From contig NW_014577082.1 in assembly GCF_000485595.1 (NCBI RefSeq), forward strand, positions 757,558 through 798,522: 40,965 nt of DNA, given 5' to 3'. Source of the stretch: Priapulus caudatus. Its lineage: Eukaryota. Shown here piece by piece: positions 35,430 through 40,965 of the stretch. The position numbers were made by a program, and so were the translations under genes. A model generated the notes under the pieces. It was not told the DNA's origin, did no database searches, and was given only the letters and a program-made list of their open reading frames with translations. Numbering within the stretch: position 1 is the stretch's first letter; each line of letters begins with the position of its first letter.

Positions 35430-36470
35430 TCCTGCGCCGTCGCTTTACACGTCCGTGTCCCTCGGGCCATCAGCTGCGGCAACCGGGTGGCGGCAACGCT
35501 CCGTGCCAGTTCAAGCAGTTGCGCCTGCGCGCGCTCTAACAGACGCACCGTGTTCCTCTTGGCAACCAGTGTGGCAACACGTGCGCCGCGTTACACTATT
35601 CTCCTGCGCGTGCCCGCACCAGTGCGCAACAGTGGGCGGCAACGCGCTCCGTCCAACATGTCCGCGCTAGCATATTTCGCCCCGTGTCCTCTGCAACTAG
35701 GGGCGTGCATACCCAGCTGTGGCCCGCGCAGACCGGCCGTGCAACAACGACGTGTGCGCAGCGCTACCGCACGTGCCTCGGCAACCAGTGCGGCACAGTG
35801 GGTGGCGGCAACGCTCTGTGGCCAACAACCGTGTCGCGCGCTACCACGCCACGTGGTCCTGCTCCCCGGCCACAGTGTGGCGGCCAACGGCCCTTCCGTG
35901 CAACAACAGTGGGCCGCGCTAGCCGTCCCACGTGTCCTGCGGCAACGCCGTGGCGGCCTCCTCTACGGCTCCTCTCGAGCGCACAGTGTGCAGCGCGCTA
36001 CCACGTACCGTGTCCTCTGGCACCAGTGGGCAACCAGTTGTCGGCGGCAACGGTCCGTCGCCGACGTGTGCGCCGCGCTACACGCACGTGTCCTCGGGCA
36101 ACAGTGTGGCGACAACGGCTCCCGGCAGGCACCGCCCGGTGCGCCGGCGCACTGATTCATTATCGCACGTGTCCTCGGCAACAGTGCGGCAACAGTGTGG
36201 CGGCAACGGCTCCGTGCAGCAACAGTGTGCGCCGCGCTACACGCACGTGTCCTCGGCAACAGTGCGGCAACAGTGTGCGCCACGGCTCCGTGCCCACATG
36301 CGCCTCGCGCTCACGCACCTGTCCTCGCAACAGTGCTGGCAACAGTGTGGCGCACGGCTCCGTGCCGGCAACAGTGTGCGCCGCGCTACACGCACGTTCC
36401 TTCGGTCAATTCGCGTGCGTGCGCACAGCTGTGGCGCACGGCTCCGTCAACAACAGTGTGCGCCGCCGCT
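35430..36470 (-). repeat. ~75-80-bp GC-rich minisatellite (~12 noisy copies) spanning the probable unc-80 stop codon
   Basis: gccgcgctacacgcacgtgtcctcggcaacagt recurs (cleanest at ~36072 and 36231); the minus strand reads GCC GAG GAC ACG TGC GTG TAG. Confidence 0.85.
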
Positions 36471-39400
36471 CTTCCCCGCGTCCTCTGTCCCCTCGGCGAC
36501 CGTCGTTGCTGTCAAAGTACATGCAGATGGAGGTGGGCTTGCAGCGGCGATCGTCATCGTGCAGCAGTGCCGCGTTCTCGCTCGCGTGCAGCGACTCGAG
36601 CGAGTCGCAGCGGGCCGCCGGCGCGATGTACGCGTCGGCACGGGGCGCCACCATGGGGCTCCCCGGCGGCGACACGCCCGAGCGGTCGCGCTTCATCATG
36701 GCGCCGGCGCGGCGCGGGGCGGCCGCCTGGGGTCGCCGGCGCGCCTCCAGCTCATAGTCGGCGTCGGTGCCCGTCTCGGCGAGCGTCTCCTCCTCGGTCT
36801 CCTCCTGCTGTAAGCCCGACTCGCCGCCGCCGATCAGCTTCTTCGGGCGGCGGAACGTCTTGCGGCTCTGCGCGGCTTGCCGCTGCAGCCGGTGCCGCGC
36901 GTGCCGCACCGTGTCGGCGCGTCCCACCGGCCACGACTTCTGCGACTCGCTCGTCTGGTCGTCGACGATCTCGACGTAGCCGCGGCTGCTGCGTCGCGAG
37001 CGCAGCGACGCCTCGCGGCTCACCGCGTCCTCGCTGTCGAGGTCGGACGCGCTCTTCGAGCTCGCGACGCTCGACTGCTTGTGCAGGAGGCGCCGGTGGT
37101 GCATGCTCGCCTTGCGCGTCAGCCGGCCGCCGCCCGACGACGTCGTCGACGACACGTCCGAGCGCACGGCGAGACGCTCCTTCGCCTCGCCGCCGATGCC
37201 GATGCCGCCGACGAGGCTCGCGAGGCGCTGCCGGCCGTAGCTCGTCTCGCTCTGCTGCTCGGCCGGCACGAGCGTCGGCGTGCGCGAGCGGAAGTCAGCG
37301 CCGCCGCTGCGCGTCGACAGCTCGTCGCGCAGCGCGTACAGCTCTCGCGACAGCTCCTGCAGCAGCGTGCCGCGGCAGCGCGTCGGCACCCGGTAGCCTC
37401 GCAGCTTCTCGGCGATCGCCCGCCGCGCTTCCCCGTCGCCGTCGGCGACCGTCGCGGGAGCGCGCAGCATCCGGTGCTCGATGAATGGCTTCAGCATGAC
37501 GAACAGCGTGCTGCGGTTGCTGACGACGAAGTCGATGAAGCTCCACACGTGCGCGTCGCCGCCGTGGCGCGCGCCGAGCTCGCGGACGATGCGCGCCACG
37601 CGGTGCCACTCCGACGCCAGCTCGCGCTCGAAGCAGGTGATGATCACCTTCAGGCAGAGGAACGCAATCTGGTAGAGCGTGTGGCGGACGATGCGCGGTA
37701 TGCGGTCGTGCGCGTCGCCGCCGCCCCCGATGTCGCTAATCGACGGCCGGTGCGAACGATTCGACGCGCCGCCGCCGTGCGACGAGGACCTCGGCGGCAG
37801 GATCGCGTCGAGCGTGAAGCTCAGCGAGAAGATGACGTCGGCGTGGCGTATGCGCGGCGACTCGGAGCCGCCGCTGCCCGAGCGCAGGCACACAGGGATG
37901 ATGAGGTTGAGCAGGATGTTCTCGGTCTTGTCGAGGCTGGACAGAGTCGCCATGCCGCCGCACAGCTGCTCGAGCGTGTACTGCTCGCCCGTCACGTGGA
38001 TCTGCATGCAGACGAGCTGCACGACGGCGCGGTTGAAGCCCTGCGGCGGCGCGTGCTGCAGGCACGACTGCAGCGAGCCGTGGTGGATGCTGTGCATGCT
38101 GCCGCCGACGCCCGGGCCCGTGCTGTCGGCGAGCGTGATGCTCAGGCACATGTTCAGCAGGAACTTGATGTGCGGCAGGTAGGCGACGTACGGGTACTTC
38201 TGCAGCGACAGGTAGACGCCCTGCAGCAGGCTCGCCGCCGCGTCCCAGTCGCAGTTCTTGCGCAGCGGCGCGCGCTTGTAGATCTTCGTGAACGTCTTGT
38301 CGAGCCGCCGGAAGATCATGTTCAGGCACGGCCGGATCGCCTCGACCGACCAGTCGGTGAACGGCAGCATCTGGCGGATGTACTTCTGCAGGCCCTGGCA
38401 GGCCATCGTCAGCGGGTCGTACGGCGACAACTTCAGCAGCGTGTGCGCGATCTCCGACAGGCGCGTGTGCGAGCGCACGTCGAGCAGGTCCGGCACGCGC
38501 GCCGACGGGTCGGCGAGCAGCTTGGGCAGCTCCTTGACGCGGCGGCCCGCGACGCACGCAAAGTCGGCGACGATGCACAAGATGGCGTCGCGCGGGGAGC
38601 GAAACTCGGCGATCGGCTCGAGGTCCTCGAGCGCTTCGTCGTAGCGGCGGCGCGCTCGGTCGTCGACGAAGCGGATGTGCATCTCCTCGCAGCGGTCGTC
38701 GTCGCCGCCGCCGCCGAGCTCGACGCTCTGCGGCGAGTGGTTGCTGTAGCCGCGGCCGCCGACCTTGACGCTGTTCAGGTTCGGCTTCTCGTAGTGCCGC
38801 TGCGGGCCCGTGTAGTTGCGCGTGAACATCTCGCAGGCGGCGATCATCGCGCGGATCGACGCCGCGACGGCCGTGATCACGCCGAGCTCGTGGCGCGCGC
38901 TCGCCGCGACACCGCCCTTGGTCGCGCGCGCCGTCCGCGCGCGCAGGTGCTCGAGGTAGTACGGCACGATCGCCTTCATCACGGTGAGCATCTCGAGCGC
39001 GCGACTCGACTCGGGCGCGAAGGCGACGACGGTGACGCACAGCGAGATCGCCTCGACGACGCTGTAGTCTTCGTCGTCGTTCTCGTAGCAGAGGTCCTGC
39101 ACGGTGAGCGGCTTCTCGCCGCCGACGAGCGCCATGATGTCGAGCGGGTCGACGAGCGGCTCCTCCATCGCGAGCAGCAGCGAGAAGAAGCACGCCGCGG
39201 GAACCTTGTTCGTGTCGCCGAGCTTGCTCGCCGTGTCCATGTCGAGGATGCTCGCGACGCTGCCGAACATCTGGAGGAGGAACGGCTTGCGGTGCAGCGT
39301 GTAGAACTGCCGGCACGTCCACTCGATCGCGTGGCAGAGCAGCGTGTTCGTCTGGTGGCCGCCGTAGATGCGCAGCAGCGTCGGCATGACGAGCAGGTAG

Positions 39401-40587
39401 CCGTTCGCGGCGAACACGGTGCGGAAGCCGCGCACGGCGTTGATCAGCGTCGCGATGCACAGCCGCAGCTGCGACGAGTCCTCGCAGTGCAGCAGCAGGT
39501 CGCCGTTGATGACGTTGACGGCGAGCTGCAGCTCGCTCGCCGCCGTCAGCTGCCCGCGGACGCCGTCGAACACGCTCGCGATCAGCTGCACCCAGACGTG
39601 CTTGTGCAGCATGTCGAGCGCGTACATCTCGCGGCCCTGCTCGCCGTGGTGCAGCCCGAAGGCGGTGTCGAGCGCCTTGCGCGGGAACGACGGCAACTTG
39701 ACGAGCTCGTCGTACAGCAGCGTGACGCGGTTCTGCAGCTGTCCCGGCGGGCAGCTCTTGATGATCGCGTTCGTGAGGTGCACCTTGCCGATCTCGACGA
39801 ACTTCAGCACGAGCTCCTGCCGCTGCAGGTTGACGAACGCCTCGTGCGCGTTCATGTGCAGCAGCGCCAGCTCCGGGTAGAACGAGCGGCGGAAGAAGTA
39901 GAAGTCGCGCACGTACGCCGTCGGGTTGTGCAGCTGGTGTGTCTTCGCGTCGACGAGCACGTAGTCGCCAGCGTGCTCGTCGTCGACGTTGAAGAAGTCG
40001 ATGCTGTCCTGCAGGATCTGCCCGAACTGCGTGTCCTCGTGGATCGGGAACTGCGAGGGGATGCTCGTCAGGTCGGGCCCGTGCACGATGATCTTCTTCG
40101 CGCTCGGCACGCTCGCCGTGAGCATGATCATCGCGTCGCACTGTTCGCGCTTCAGCGTCTGCTTCAGCTCCTTGAAGAAGACGTCCTGCACGTCGGGCAC
40201 GATCTGCCAGAGCAGTGACAGGCTGATCGCGATCGCCTCTTGGCTGCCCTCGACGGGCGCGCGCACGTGGAACATGATGAAGCCGAGCATGTAGTTGAAG
40301 AGCGTGTGCGCGGCGTGGCCGGGCAGCTCCTGCACGTGCGTCATCAGCTTGTGCAGCAGCATGATGAGCTCGGGCAGACGCTCGCGGTTCGTCATCTTCT
40401 CGAGGAAGTGCCGGAAGAAGAGCGCCGGGTCCTCGACGAGGCAGCTCCAGATGACCTTGAACGCGACCTCGGAGACGGCGACGCCGTCGTCGTTCACCTC
40501 GCGGTCCTCGAGGAGGTTGATGATGGGGAGGATCGCCGCGCACAGGCATGACGGGAACAGCGACGGGGCCAACTGCACGTGGTGCAC
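36406..40587 (-). CDS. unc-80: Protein unc-80 homolog (NALCN channel complex subunit), very large terminal exon (~1390 codons); the gene continues beyond the window
   Basis: Acceptor cttgcag|GTG at 40588/40587; FPSCLCAAILPIINLLEDREVNDDGVAVSEVA..WSCLVEDPALFFRHFLEK, KKIIVHG..IPSQFPIHEDTQF, KLPSFPRKAL, LHRKPFLLQMFGSV, LLKLSPYDPLTM and RRLDKTFTKI are UNC-80 signatures; strong GC3 bias. The last ~40 codons are in noisy sequence and the true stop is possibly 36386-36388. Confidence 0.96.
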   Translation of the reverse strand: MHHVQLAPSLFPSCLCAAILPIINLLEDREVNDDGVAVSEVAFKVIWSCLVEDPALFFRHFLEKMTNRERLPELIMLLHKLMTHVQELPGHAAHTLFNYMLGFIMFHVRAPVEGSQEAIAISLSLLWQIVPDVQDVFFKELKQTLKREQCDAMIMLTASVPSAKKIIVHGPDLTSIPSQFPIHEDTQFGQILQDSIDFFNVDDEHAGDYVLVDAKTHQLHNPTAYVRDFYFFRRSFYPELALLHMNAHEAFVNLQRQELVLKFVEIGKVHLTNAIIKSCPPGQLQNRVTLLYDELVKLPSFPRKALDTAFGLHHGEQGREMYALDMLHKHVWVQLIASVFDGVRGQLTAASELQLAVNVINGDLLLHCEDSSQLRLCIATLINAVRGFRTVFAANGYLLVMPTLLRIYGGHQTNTLLCHAIEWTCRQFYTLHRKPFLLQMFGSVASILDMDTASKLGDTNKVPAACFFSLLLAMEEPLVDPLDIMALVGGEKPLTVQDLCYENDDEDYSVVEAISLCVTVVAFAPESSRALEMLTVMKAIVPYYLEHLRARTARATKGGVAASARHELGVITAVAASIRAMIAACEMFTRNYTGPQRHYEKPNLNSVKVGGRGYSNHSPQSVELGGGGDDDRCEEMHIRFVDDRARRRYDEALEDLEPIAEFRSPRDAILCIVADFACVAGRRVKELPKLLADPSARVPDLLDVRSHTRLSEIAHTLLKLSPYDPLTMACQGLQKYIRQMLPFTDWSVEAIRPCLNMIFRRLDKTFTKIYKRAPLRKNCDWDAAASLLQGVYLSLQKYPYVAYLPHIKFLLNMCLSITLADSTGPGVGGSMHSIHHGSLQSCLQHAPPQGFNRAVVQLVCMQIHVTGEQYTLEQLCGGMATLSSLDKTENILLNLIIPVCLRSGSGGSESPRIRHADVIFSLSFTLDAILPPRSSSHGGGASNRSHRPSISDIGGGGDAHDRIPRIVRHTLYQIAFLCLKVIITCFERELASEWHRVARIVRELGARHGGDAHVWSFIDFVVSNRSTLFVMLKPFIEHRMLRAPATVADGDGEARRAIAEKLRGYRVPTRCRGTLLQELSRELYALRDELSTRSGGADFRSRTPTLVPAEQQSETSYGRQRLASLVGGIGIGGEAKERLAVRSDVSSTTSSGGGRLTRKASMHHRRLLHKQSSVASSKSASDLDSEDAVSREASLRSRRSSRGYVEIVDDQTSESQKSWPVGRADTVRHARHRLQRQAAQSRKTFRRPKKLIGGGESGLQQEETEEETLAETGTDADYELEARRRPQAAAPRRAGAMMKRDRSGVSPPGSPMVAPRADAYIAPAARCDSLESLHASENAALLHDDDRRCKPTSICMYFDSNDGRRGDRGRGEERRRTLLLTEPCATAVRTHAN

Positions 40588-40965
40588 CTGCAAGCAGCGT
40601 ATATATGCGCATGTAGCTACATACATAGATATGTAAAGATATATACGCACGCACGCATGCACACACGCTCACATACATACATATAGCGTGTAGCTACCTA
40701 CATACATACACACCAAGAGTACATAATAGGAGAAGAGTATGACACCGTTTTAACAACGTTTTGCATAGTTTTCAACTTGCAACTATTCAATCAATATGTG
40801 AATAAATATATTCAAACTTTATCTTGTTGTCGTCTATGATTCTCCCTTAATCATATGACACCACCAATTTACCTGGAAATCGTATGTGTTCTTCCAAAAA
40901 GTTCTTTGAATACGACACGGTTTCGCACAGTTTTCCCAACAATTCGTATCTGAGCGGCGAATGTT

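Noticed and set aside
35003..36400. Long Cys/Arg/Ala-rich ORFs on both strands
   Set aside because: Translations of a noisy GC-rich minisatellite.
36877..40218. 1113-aa plus-strand ORF and 980-aa alternate-frame ORF (37736-40678) overlapping unc-80
   Set aside because: Shadow ORFs caused by extreme GC3 bias; low-complexity Arg/Ala-rich translations with no recognisable domain.
40588..40662. Met start and N-terminal 25 aa of the listed 1418-aa ORF
   Set aside because: AT/CA-repeat-rich intronic sequence upstream of a good acceptor (cttgcag); UNC-80 similarity begins after it.

Overview
Invertebrate animal genomic DNA from a draft assembly. It has 5 N-gaps and several indel-rich stretches that look like unpolished long-read gap fill. 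Protein-coding content: (1) a complete 8-exon RTRAF (C14orf166/hCLE/CGI-99, tRNA-ligase complex subunit) gene on the minus strand, 2306-7441, 250 aa; (2) an uninterrupted 441-aa Mab-21/cGAS-like nucleotidyltransferase ORF (candidate cGLR) at 18632-19957, minus strand, with intact catalytic motifs, sitting between a ~540-bp satellite array and an inverted monomer of the same satellite; (3) a signal peptide + PAN/Apple exon (23193-23490, +) whose probable downstream C-type-lectin-like part (32351-32754) is disrupted; (4) a ~4.2-kb terminal exon of unc-80 (NALCN channelosome subunit) on the minus strand. The rest is mostly mobile and repetitive DNA: hAT-like MITEs, TTAA/AGG (Kolobok-like) termini, a Harbinger transposase remnant, Helitron- and Helentron-like elements, a ~5-kb local duplication, satellite arrays and microsatellites. 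Both conserved genes (RTRAF and unc-80) end in tandem repeats built from their own last codons plus stop codon. All identifications come from motif recognition by eye; no database searches were run.
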